Source of the DNA: Aquificaceae bacterium
GTDB taxonomy: Bacteria > Aquificota > Aquificia > Aquificales > Aquificaceae
Length of the DNA: 26,389 nt
Assembly: GCA_037924335.1 (NCBI GenBank)
Contig: JAXSMZ010000021.1
Location: forward strand, 1-26,389
Direction: 5' to 3'
Shown here: positions 17,876-25,931 of the stretch, piece by piece
Layout: every line of letters begins with the position of its first letter
How positions within the stretch are numbered: the first letter of the stretch is position 1
Notes under the pieces: generated by a model
Databases searched by the model: none
What the model was told of the DNA's origin: nothing
Seen by the model: the letters and a program-made list of their open reading frames with translations, nothing else
Position numbers and translations under genes: made by a program

Positions 17876-17901
17876 GCTATAAAGCTTATAATTATACAAA
17901 A

Positions 17902-18186
17902 ATGATCGTAGGCATCCTAAAGGTTGAGCTTTTTTTTCCAGAAAACGGTTCCTTAAAAGAGAAACGTTACTACATTAGGTCACTGAAGGATAGGCTCAAA
18001 AATCTTAATGTTTCAGTTGCTGAGGTTAACCATCAAGACCTTTGGCAAAGGTCTAAGCTGGCGGTTGTATGCGTCGGTAAAGACTTTTCATCTGCGCAGG
18101 ATATAATGAGCAAAACAAGGAGCTTTATAGAAAAGGCTTACCCTGAGTTTATAATAGACATAGATATAGAATACTTGAAAGTTTAG
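17902..18186 (+). CDS. DUF503 (YlxP) family protein
   Basis: SLKEKR, NVSVAEV..QDLWQR. Confidence 0.92.
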   Translation: MIVGILKVELFFPENGSLKEKRYYIRSLKDRLKNLNVSVAEVNHQDLWQRSKLAVVCVGKDFSSAQDIMSKTRSFIEKAYPEFIIDIDIEYLKV

Positions 18187-18192
18187 GCTACG

Positions 18193-18221
18193 TTGACAGC
18201 GACCTTCTTATGGTTTATACT
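18193..18221 (+). promoter_or_regulatory. Near-consensus sigma70 promoter (leaderless)
   Basis: TTGACA-17 nt-TATACT, followed by ATG ATG at 18227 and 18230. Confidence 0.8.
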
Positions 18222-18226
18222 GATGA

Positions 18227-18937
18227 ATGATGGCCGAAAGAATGAACACAGAGGATATCTTCTACTGGCTTGTCTCTGCACTCATAAATCTCTTTGTCTT
18301 TACCTTTTTAGCCTATATTCTCTTACTTAAGGTGGATATAAAGCCAGAAAGCTCTCCAATAAACCTGTTTCTTGAGAATCCTGCTCCTGTAGTAGAGAAG
18401 GTAAAGTTTTCAAGAGCAAAACGGATGGAAATAAAACCAAAGCTCGGAAAACACACAATTGTAAAGGGGAAGGAAGAAGCTAGCACAACACCGATGATGT
18501 TAGAAAGAAAGGATGGGGATATATCGCTTCCAACTGGAAAGACTACGCAGGAGGATGTGTCTATACTTTCAGATATAGAAAGGAAGGTAAAGGGGCGGAA
18601 AGAGAGCCAAGAGGAAGGTACACCCACAAAGAATATAGGTGAGGTGAATGCTGTTATATCAGGGAGGGGCGTTGGTTTTGGTGGCGGTTCTGGAAGGGGA
18701 ATACTGTACGTTCCTGCTCTTCCAAAGTTTGCCGTAGAAGAATTGCCATCGACCCTAAGGGTAAGAGTTTGGGTTGAGCCATCTGGGATAGTTTCAAGGG
18801 TTGAAATTCTTCAAAGAAGCGGTGTCCCACAGATAGATGAAAAGCTTGTTGAGTTCGTAAGGCGTATAAAGTTTGAGCCAATAAAGGAGAACGTTGTTCA
18901 AACTGGCATACTCATCTTCAGGTTTAAGGGAGGTTAA
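18227..18937 (+). CDS. TonB-like energy transducer
   Basis: N-terminal TM anchor, low-complexity linker, C-terminal V.V.V...G.V..V.I..SG...D......F.P. Confidence 0.8.
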   Translation: MMAERMNTEDIFYWLVSALINLFVFTFLAYILLLKVDIKPESSPINLFLENPAPVVEKVKFSRAKRMEIKPKLGKHTIVKGKEEASTTPMMLERKDGDISLPTGKTTQEDVSILSDIERKVKGRKESQEEGTPTKNIGEVNAVISGRGVGFGGGSGRGILYVPALPKFAVEELPSTLRVRVWVEPSGIVSRVEILQRSGVPQIDEKLVEFVRRIKFEPIKENVVQTGILIFRFKGG

Positions 18938-18939
18938 GG

Positions 18940-19734
18940 ATGAGCATAGGTAAGCTTGTCAGGCTTGAAAGGATAATAAATAGGAACACTGGTAAAACCA
19001 TAATAGTACCCATGGACCACGGTGTCAGCTCCGGTCCTATAGAGGGCATAGTGGATGTAAAGGCTGCCGTCAACGATGTAGCAGAGGGTGGAGCAAACGC
19101 CGTAGTACTGCATAAAGGAATGGTAAAAGCAGGTTACAGGGGAAGGGGAAAGGATATAGGCCTTATAGTTCACTTATCTGCTTCAACGGACATATCTCCT
19201 ACCAAAAACGATAAGGTCCTTGTTTGCACTGTGGAAGAAGCCATAAGGTTGGGTGCAGATGCAGTCTCCATACACGTTAACATAGGAGCGGATATGGAAA
19301 GGGAGATGCTCAGAGATTTTGGATATGTATCAAGGGTGTGCGAAGAATGGGGTATGCCCCTTTTGGCCATGGTTTATGGAAGGGGTAAGGATATAAACCA
19401 GTACGAACCCAAGGTTGTTGCTCATTGTGCAAGGATAGGTGCCGAACTCGGCGCTGATGTGGTAAAGGTTCCATACACTGGAGACCCTGAAAGCTTCAAA
19501 CTTGCCATAGATGGCTGTCCTATTCCAGTGGTCATAGCTGGGGGTCCAAAGATGAAGACAGAGGAAGAGGTCCTAAACATGGTATACGGTGCAATACAAG
19601 CTGGAGCAAAAGGGCTTTCCGTTGGAAGGAACATATTCCAAGCAAGGAGCAGAGGAAGTATGGTCAGGGCGCTTTCCGTCATAGTACATGAAGGCGAAAA
19701 TGTTGAAAAGGCGCTAAAAGTACTTAAAGGATAG
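18940..19734 (+). CDS. DhnA-type class I aldolase / 2-amino-3,7-dideoxy-D-threo-hept-6-ulosonate synthase
   Basis: [46 protein letters not shown]. Confidence 0.88.
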   Translation: MSIGKLVRLERIINRNTGKTIIVPMDHGVSSGPIEGIVDVKAAVNDVAEGGANAVVLHKGMVKAGYRGRGKDIGLIVHLSASTDISPTKNDKVLVCTVEEAIRLGADAVSIHVNIGADMEREMLRDFGYVSRVCEEWGMPLLAMVYGRGKDINQYEPKVVAHCARIGAELGADVVKVPYTGDPESFKLAIDGCPIPVVIAGGPKMKTEEEVLNMVYGAIQAGAKGLSVGRNIFQARSRGSMVRALSVIVHEGENVEKALKVLKG

Positions 19735-19743
19735 GAGGTGCTA

Positions 19744-20559
19744 ATGAGGCTTCTTGAGGGAAAGAGAGCTCTTATAACTGGAGTGGCCAACGAGAGAAGC
19801 ATAGCTTACGGTATAGCAAAATCCCTTTACAGAGAAGGAGCTCAGCTTATCTTTACCTATGCCAACGAAAAGCTAAAAAAAAGGGTAGAAGAGATAGCAA
19901 AGGAGTTTGGCTCTGACATCACTCTTGAATGCGATGTATCCGAGAACGGACATATAAGATCCCTTGTAGACCACATAAAGGGTCTTTGGGGAAGCCTTGA
20001 TATAGTAGTTCACTCTATAGCATACGCACCAAGGGATGAATTCAAGGGTGGCGTTATAGACACATCAAGGGAAGGTTTCAAAGTAGCCATGGATATATCT
20101 GTTTACTCTCTTATAGCTCTGACAAGGGGGCTTTTGCCTCTCATGAAAGGGAAAAATGGCTCCATACTTACGCTTACCTATTATGGAGCGGAAAAGGTTG
20201 TTCCTCATTACAACGTCATGGGGATTGCCAAAGCTGCCTTAGAGAGTACGGTTAGGTATCTTGCTTACGACATAGCCAAGGAAGGACATAGGATAAACGC
20301 CATCTCTGCTGGGCCAGTGAAAACTCTTGCAGCATACAGCATAACTGGCTTCCATCTTCTCATGGAACACACAATGAAGGTCAACCCCTTTGGAAGGGCT
20401 ATAACCATAGAGGAGGTGGGTGACGTTGCTGCATTCCTATGCAGCGATTGGGCAAGGGCTATAACGGGAGAGGTTATACATGTAGACAACGGTTACCATA
20501 TAATGGGAGTTTTTGGAAGGGAGGAGGATATAAAGAAGGAAGTTTTTGAAAAGAGCTAA
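19744..20559 (+). CDS. fabI: Enoyl-ACP reductase
   Basis: GVANERSIAYGIA, YNVMGIAKAALE, NAISAGPVKTLA; AGGAGG RBS favours ATG 19744. Confidence 0.97.
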   Translation: MRLLEGKRALITGVANERSIAYGIAKSLYREGAQLIFTYANEKLKKRVEEIAKEFGSDITLECDVSENGHIRSLVDHIKGLWGSLDIVVHSIAYAPRDEFKGGVIDTSREGFKVAMDISVYSLIALTRGLLPLMKGKNGSILTLTYYGAEKVVPHYNVMGIAKAALESTVRYLAYDIAKEGHRINAISAGPVKTLAAYSITGFHLLMEHTMKVNPFGRAITIEEVGDVAAFLCSDWARAITGEVIHVDNGYHIMGVFGREEDIKKEVFEKS

Positions 20560-20564
20560 AGGAC

Positions 20565-22409
20565 ATGCTTGTTGATGAGTTTGATGTGGTAGTTATAGGC
20601 GGTGGCCATGCCGGTATAGAGGCAGCTCTTGCTTCTGCAAGGATGGGAGCAAGGACTTCTATGTTCGTGCTAAGCGTAGATACCATAGGACAGATGTCCT
20701 GTAATCCTGCCATAGGCGGGATAGCCAAAGGCATAGTGGTAAGGGAGATAGATGCCCTTGGAGGGCAGATGGGAAAGGCAATAGACATAGCTGGTATACA
20801 GTTTAAGATGCTAAACAGGAAGAAGGGAAAGGCAGTGTGGTCTCCGAGGGCTCAGGCTGATAAGAAGCGCTACAGGGATTACATGAAAGATGTCTGTAAA
20901 AACCAAGAGAACCTTTACATAAAACAGGATGAGGTTGTAGACATAGTTACAGAGAAGGATAGGGTAGTGGCAGTAAAGACAAGGCTCGGATTGGAGTACA
21001 GGACCAAGGCTGTTGTAGTCGCAACTGGTACATTTCTCAACGGTGTCATATACATAGGTGATAAAACCTTTCCAGGTGGAAGGGCTGGAGAGATGAGGTC
21101 TGAGGGGCTTGCAGACTTTTACAAAAGGTATGGCTTCCCACTCCTTAGGTTCAAAACTGGCACTCCGGCAAGGCTTGACATAAGGACCATAGACTTTTCC
21201 TATCTTGAGGTAGCACAGGGTGATGACCCACCTCCCAAGTTCTCCTTCTGGACAGAGCCAGTGTGCACATACTGGTTTCCCAAAGGGAAGGAGCAGATAA
21301 ACTGCTGGATCACTTACACAACACAGGAGACTCACGAGATAATAAGAAAGAATTTACACAGGACAGCTCTGTATGGTGGTCTGATAAAGGGCATAGGACC
21401 ACGCTACTGTCCATCCATAGAGGACAAGGTAGTTAAGTTTGCCGATAAGGATAAGCACCAGGTATTCCTTGAGCCAGAAGGCTTAGATACAATAGAAGTT
21501 TATCCAAACGGACTTTCCACCTCTTTGCCGGAGGAGGTTCAATGGGAGATGTACAGGTCCATACCAGGCCTTGAAAAGGTAGAGATCATAAGACCAGCTT
21601 ACGCCATAGAGTATGACCTTGTAGCACCAACAGAGCTTTATCCTACGTTGGAAACAAAGAAGATAAGGGGGCTTTTCCATGCTGGGAACTTTAACGGAAC
21701 AACGGGCTACGAGGAGGCTGCTGGACAAGGTATTCTTGCTGGGATAAACGCATGCCTTAGATCCTTTGGAAAGGAACCCATATACTTGAGAAGGGATGAA
21801 AGCTACATAGGTATAATGGTGGATGACCTCACAACCAAAGGGGTTATGGAACCTTACAGGCTCTTCACATCAAGGTCAGAGTATAGGCTTTGTCTGAGGC
21901 AGGACAACGCAGTGCTAAGGCTTTCTAAACTTGGATACGAACTAGGTCTTTTGGACAGAGAGAGATACCAAATGGTAAAAGAGTTATCAAAAGAGGTAAG
22001 CGCATGGTTGAACTTTTATAAATCGCAAAGAGCCACAGTAGCCATAGGTTCGGACGTAAGAAGCTATACTCCCTCTCAGCTTCTGACATCACAGTACACA
22101 ATTGAAGGCTTAAAGGAGTTGGGGATGGAAGTCCCAGAACATCCCTACGTAAGGGAGGAAGTGGAGATGGAAATGAAGTACGCTCCCTACATAGAGAGGG
22201 AAAGGGCTCTTAACGAGAAGATAAGGAAGCTTGAAGATGTGAAGATTCCGGAGGGTACAGATTATGAAAAGATCCCAAGCATAACGAAGGAGGCAAAAGA
22301 AAAGCTAAAGAAGTTCAAGCCTTTAACCGTTGGACAAGCATCAAGGATAGATGGTATAACGCCTGCAGTTATCATATCCCTCCTTGCCTTTCTGGGGAAG
22401 TTAGATTGA
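20565..22409 (+). CDS. mnmG: tRNA uridine-5-carboxymethylaminomethyl modification enzyme
   Basis: GGGHAG, MSCNPAIGG, RFKTGTP, GPRYCPSIEDK, NGTTGYEEAA.QG. Confidence 0.98.
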   Translation: MLVDEFDVVVIGGGHAGIEAALASARMGARTSMFVLSVDTIGQMSCNPAIGGIAKGIVVREIDALGGQMGKAIDIAGIQFKMLNRKKGKAVWSPRAQADKKRYRDYMKDVCKNQENLYIKQDEVVDIVTEKDRVVAVKTRLGLEYRTKAVVVATGTFLNGVIYIGDKTFPGGRAGEMRSEGLADFYKRYGFPLLRFKTGTPARLDIRTIDFSYLEVAQGDDPPPKFSFWTEPVCTYWFPKGKEQINCWITYTTQETHEIIRKNLHRTALYGGLIKGIGPRYCPSIEDKVVKFADKDKHQVFLEPEGLDTIEVYPNGLSTSLPEEVQWEMYRSIPGLEKVEIIRPAYAIEYDLVAPTELYPTLETKKIRGLFHAGNFNGTTGYEEAAGQGILAGINACLRSFGKEPIYLRRDESYIGIMVDDLTTKGVMEPYRLFTSRSEYRLCLRQDNAVLRLSKLGYELGLLDRERYQMVKELSKEVSAWLNFYKSQRATVAIGSDVRSYTPSQLLTSQYTIEGLKELGMEVPEHPYVREEVEMEMKYAPYIERERALNEKIRKLEDVKIPEGTDYEKIPSITKEAKEKLKKFKPLTVGQASRIDGITPAVIISLLAFLGKLD

Positions 22410-22453
22410 GGCAAATCATTGCATACTGATATGGAAGTAATAGGATAAAAGAT

Positions 22454-22744
22454 ATGGCTAAGGTTAAGATAAATAAGAAGATCATAGAGATACCAGTTGG
22501 TGTCAGGTTTGGTGAGCTTCATCACGAGATAGAAAAGGCAGGTGTTGAGTTTGGTTGTACGGATGGGCAGTGTGGTGTATGCGTGTGTACTGTCAAAAAG
22601 GGGCTCGAATACCTTGCCGAGCCTTCAGAGGCTGAGGAGGAGACACTTTGGAGAATAGGAGAGTACGAAGAGAACAGAAGGCTCACCTGTCAGCTTGTGA
22701 TAGAAAGGGAAACGAACAATACAATAGAGTTAGAAACAGATTGA
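22454..22744 (+). CDS. 2Fe-2S ferredoxin
   Basis: FGCTDGQCGVC...RLTCQ. Confidence 0.92.
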   Translation: MAKVKINKKIIEIPVGVRFGELHHEIEKAGVEFGCTDGQCGVCVCTVKKGLEYLAEPSEAEEETLWRIGEYEENRRLTCQLVIERETNNTIELETD

Positions 22745-22766
22745 ACAAAGGCTTATAATTATAGCT

Positions 22767-23477
22767 ATGAGAGAAACCAAAGTTGCTTGGAGCATAACAC
22801 ATCAAGAGTTTACAATAACAGATTACTATTACTTTTCTAAGCTTAGCAAAGAAGCTAAAGGGACTGGAATAGTCATTGAAGAGGTAAGCCAGTGGGAAAA
22901 GCTGAAAGATTATGACACAATAGTTTTTAACTATCCAGAGATACCCTTTAAAGAAAAGGAGACAGAGGATGTAGAGAGGTGGGTCTGGGAAGACGGCAAA
23001 AAGGTCATACTATTAGGATACTACAAGAACGAAGACCATATAGCGGACACGTGCAACACGTTAGCAAGGCGCTTTGGTATGGAACTCAATCCAGACGAGG
23101 TTACAGACGATGTAAACAATCACGAAGGAGACAGGTACTTTTTGGTAACCTCCAAGATAAGGAGGTACACAAAGAACGAAGTCAAAAAGGTCATGCTCGC
23201 CTGCAGCGCATCAATAAAACCACTGATGCCAGATATAAAGGTGGTTGTTAGAGCAGAGGATACAGCCATCTCAAATCAAGGTAACTACACGCTTCTTATA
23301 GCTGAGCAGATAGCTCCCACGAGCGGGGGATACTTCTGTCTTGCTGGAACCTGCGTATTTTGGGACAATTACTCTATAAACCTTTATGACAACATGGGCT
23401 TTTCCCTTAACTTGCTTAGGCACAGAACACCTTCAAAAGGTATAAAGGAGGGGACTCCTGTGATCTTTGAAACTTAA
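22767..23477 (+). CDS. Hypothetical protein, class I GATase-like (DUF4350/GldG/GIFT-like) fold
   Basis: W..TH.E, L..YD.IV...P...F...E......V..G, D.V.D..N and DN..F..NLL patterns. Confidence 0.6.
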   Translation: MRETKVAWSITHQEFTITDYYYFSKLSKEAKGTGIVIEEVSQWEKLKDYDTIVFNYPEIPFKEKETEDVERWVWEDGKKVILLGYYKNEDHIADTCNTLARRFGMELNPDEVTDDVNNHEGDRYFLVTSKIRRYTKNEVKKVMLACSASIKPLMPDIKVVVRAEDTAISNQGNYTLLIAEQIAPTSGGYFCLAGTCVFWDNYSINLYDNMGFSLNLLRHRTPSKGIKEGTPVIFET

Positions 23478-23492
23478 ACCCTGGGGGAATAT

Positions 23493-24449
23493 ATGAAGGC
23501 TCAAGATATGCTTGAGGGGTTTACTGACCAACTGAGGGCAATTGAATGCTCTCCCTTGGATGTTAAGGAGTATGCGGGTATAGTTTTCAGTGGTATGGGA
23601 GGGTCTGGAATAGTTGGTGACATAGCCAAGCTTGTTCTTGAAAAGGAAAAAAGGCTAAGAGTTCCTGTGCTGTCCATCAGGGGTTATGAACTTCCATCTT
23701 ACGTGAATGAGGGCTGGCTTGTCTTCTGTATAAGCTACAGTGGAAACACGGAGGAAACGCTCTACGTAGCGGAGGAGGCTATAAAAAGGGACACCAAAAC
23801 ACTGTTCATAAGCTCTGGTGGGAGACTGATGGATATAGCATACGAAAGGTCTTTGATGCACTACTCTGTCCCCTCTGGTTATCCACCCAGGTATGCCCTT
23901 GGCTTTATGCTGTCTGTGATCCTGTGCATCTTTGGTATGTCCAAAAATGTTAATGAGAGCCGTACATTCCTTGAAGGAAAAAAAGATGAGATAAAGCAGA
24001 GGGCTAAAGAGCTTGCAGATTCCCTATACAGCTATATACCCATAGTGTATGGTACACCTTTAACGGAAGCAGTGGCTTTTAGATGGAAGACTCAGATAAA
24101 TGAGAATGCCAAATCTCTATGCTACACTGCAACAATTCCAGAGCTTCATCACAACGAGGTTGTAGGATTGGATAACCCCATCTCTAGAAACCTTTGCCAC
24201 TTTGTTCTTCTTTATGACCCATTGGACCATCCAAGAGTCTTAAAGAGGGTAGAAATAACGGAAGAACTTTTAAAAGACTTGGGGCTTGCTCCCTTTCTGA
24301 TAAAGGCAGAGGGAGAAAGTTTACTCCAAAGGCTTCTTTATCTAATAAACCTTGGGGACTGGACAAGCTATCATCTTTCAGAGGTGTACGGGTACGACCC
24401 ATTGCCAGTTCTGATCATAGACAGAATAAAGAGGAAGCTTTCCACATAG
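23493..24449 (+). CDS. Bifunctional phosphoglucose/phosphomannose isomerase
   Basis: GMGGSG, SYSGNTEET, RWKTQINENAK, PELHHNE. Confidence 0.94.
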   Translation: MKAQDMLEGFTDQLRAIECSPLDVKEYAGIVFSGMGGSGIVGDIAKLVLEKEKRLRVPVLSIRGYELPSYVNEGWLVFCISYSGNTEETLYVAEEAIKRDTKTLFISSGGRLMDIAYERSLMHYSVPSGYPPRYALGFMLSVILCIFGMSKNVNESRTFLEGKKDEIKQRAKELADSLYSYIPIVYGTPLTEAVAFRWKTQINENAKSLCYTATIPELHHNEVVGLDNPISRNLCHFVLLYDPLDHPRVLKRVEITEELLKDLGLAPFLIKAEGESLLQRLLYLINLGDWTSYHLSEVYGYDPLPVLIIDRIKRKLST

Positions 24450-24488
24450 CTAGTAGGCATTATATTTATTGCTAAGGAGGTAGAAGGG

Positions 24489-24905
24489 ATGAGCGTAAAG
24501 AACTTTGCTAGAAAGGATGTCTTAACGTTAAAGCCTACGGAAAGTGTTTACGAAGCCATAAGCCTAATGAAGGAGAGGAACGTGGGCAGTGTTGTTGTAG
24601 TTGACTCCCAAAACAAACCAGTGGGGATAATAACAGATAGGGATATAGCATTAAGGGTAGCTTATAGGGGGCTTGACCCAAAGGCAGTACCCATTGAACA
24701 AGTTATGACAAAAGACCTCTCTGTCCTTGATGAAAACATGGGGCTTTTTGAGGCTCTTATGTTTATAAAGGATAAAGGTGTGAGGAGATATCCTGTGGTA
24801 AACTCAGAAGGAAAGCTAACTGGCTTTTTCTCCCTTGATGATGTTCTCTTCTTATTGGGTAAAGAGCTCTCTGCAGTGGCGGATATCATACAGAAAAGCT
24901 GTTAA
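24489..24905 (+). CDS. CBS-domain protein
   Basis: VGSVVVV...VGIITDRDI, VRRYPVV; AAGGAGG RBS. Confidence 0.93.
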   Translation: MSVKNFARKDVLTLKPTESVYEAISLMKERNVGSVVVVDSQNKPVGIITDRDIALRVAYRGLDPKAVPIEQVMTKDLSVLDENMGLFEALMFIKDKGVRRYPVVNSEGKLTGFFSLDDVLFLLGKELSAVADIIQKSC

Positions 24906-24921
24906 CCATCTTTGTATGTAA

Positions 24922-24962
24922 ATGATAACTATCATACCATGGGTATGCTTGGTCCATACATT
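24922..24962 (+). promoter_or_regulatory. FNR/DNR-type binding site and -10 element (class II geometry)
   Basis: ATGAT-AACT-ATCAT at 24922-24935 (8/10 match to TTGAT-N4-ATCAA); TACATT at 24957-24962; ATG at 24971. Confidence 0.55.
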
Positions 24963-24970
24963 TATGAATC

Positions 24971-25093
24971 ATGCATGGGAAATTCCTTGATAGGTTAAGA
25001 TCTGTAATAGACTCTCATACTGGCATAGACATACTCTATGGGGTATAAACCTACAGTGGAGCTTGAGGACTATCTTTTTGGAGCAAGTGAATG
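24971..25093 (+). pseudogene. Internally deleted DUF59 (metal-sulfur cluster assembly) gene remnant
   Basis: MHGKFLDRLRSVIDSHTGIDIL, then MG out of frame, resembles L..VIDP..G.DIV.MG; stop at 25046-25048; possible C-terminal fragment VELEDYLF/EQVNE. Confidence 0.6.
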
Positions 25094-25570
25094 AGAATTG
25101 ATGTGAGAAACTTAGAACCACCTCAACCTATGGTAAGAATCGTGCAAGCCATTGAGAAGCTTCAAAAAGGGGAAGTTTTGGAGGTTTTAGGTTCAAGGCC
25201 TTTCACCCACCTCCTTCCAAGACTTGAAGAGATGGGATATAAGTATGAGCTCAAGGAAACAGAAGAGGGATACATTCTAAAGGTCTGGCATGAAGGGAAA
25301 GCAAGATCTTCCAAAGAAGAACAAGCTAAGTGTTCAAAGGAGCTGGAGTTTGAGATAAACGAAGAAACTAATGTGGGGAAACTCTTAGAAAAAGTGCCAG
25401 AATCCCTTGATGTCCTCATAAAGTATGGATTTACACCACTCAAAAACCCACTTTTGAGAAAGATACTTCCTTATACCGTTACCCTCAGGCAGGCAAAAAA
25501 GATAAGAAGAATGTCCGACGAAAAGTTCCAAAGGATGTTGGATGAACTCAGAGATCTGCTGAAAGGATGA
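25091..25570 (+). CDS. DUF2249 + DUF1858 domain protein
   Basis: IDVRNLEPPQPM; I..ET.V..LL...PE...VL..YGF..L.NP..R......VTL.QA. Confidence 0.85.
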   Translation: MRIDVRNLEPPQPMVRIVQAIEKLQKGEVLEVLGSRPFTHLLPRLEEMGYKYELKETEEGYILKVWHEGKARSSKEEQAKCSKELEFEINEETNVGKLLEKVPESLDVLIKYGFTPLKNPLLRKILPYTVTLRQAKKIRRMSDEKFQRMLDELRDLLKG

Positions 25571-25839
25571 TAAGGCCTCCATCACCTTCTTACTCATCAT
25601 AGCATCCCTACTACAGAAGATGAAGGGAGAGAATAGTTATGTGGATACGCTTATATTCTTGGCTTTCCCAGGGCTAATATCTGGCATCCTTTTCCAGATG
25701 TATTCAACTCTACGAGGTTATCCCTTCAGAGGCTAACCGCTGGTATATGTAAACCTGATACTCTGGATGATAAACATAGCTTACTTCTTTTCTCATGGAA
25801 GGCTTGAGCCCAACCTTAATCTTCTCTTTTGCCTTTCAT
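25567..25839 (+). pseudogene. Truncated multi-TM membrane protein (type that accompanies DUF2249/DUF1858 genes)
   Basis: ATGA-coupled start, early frameshift, hydrophobic ASITFLLIIASLL...LISGILFQMYSTL, in-frame TAA at 25734, cut by the IS end. Confidence 0.6.
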
Positions 25840-25893
25840 CAAACCACCCCCGCAGGAGACCCCCATGTCTATACATGGGAGAGGAATGCGGTC

Positions 25894-25921
25894 TTGCAAT
25901 TTTTCTTACAAATGATATAAT
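25894..25921 (+). promoter_or_regulatory. IS-internal sigma70 promoter for tnpB
   Basis: TTGCAA-16 nt-TATAAT with an extended -10 TGn. Confidence 0.65.
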
Positions 25922-25931
25922 ATATTCTATA

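Noticed and set aside
16111..22409. rsmG separated from mnmG; convergent overlaps icd/murD and rsmG/trmI
   Set aside because: Shuffled gene order and short 3' overlaps are ordinary in compact Aquificales genomes
25860..25880. Hairpin as a rho-independent terminator
   Set aside because: No adjacent U-tract; the context fits an IS200/IS605 subterminal hairpin
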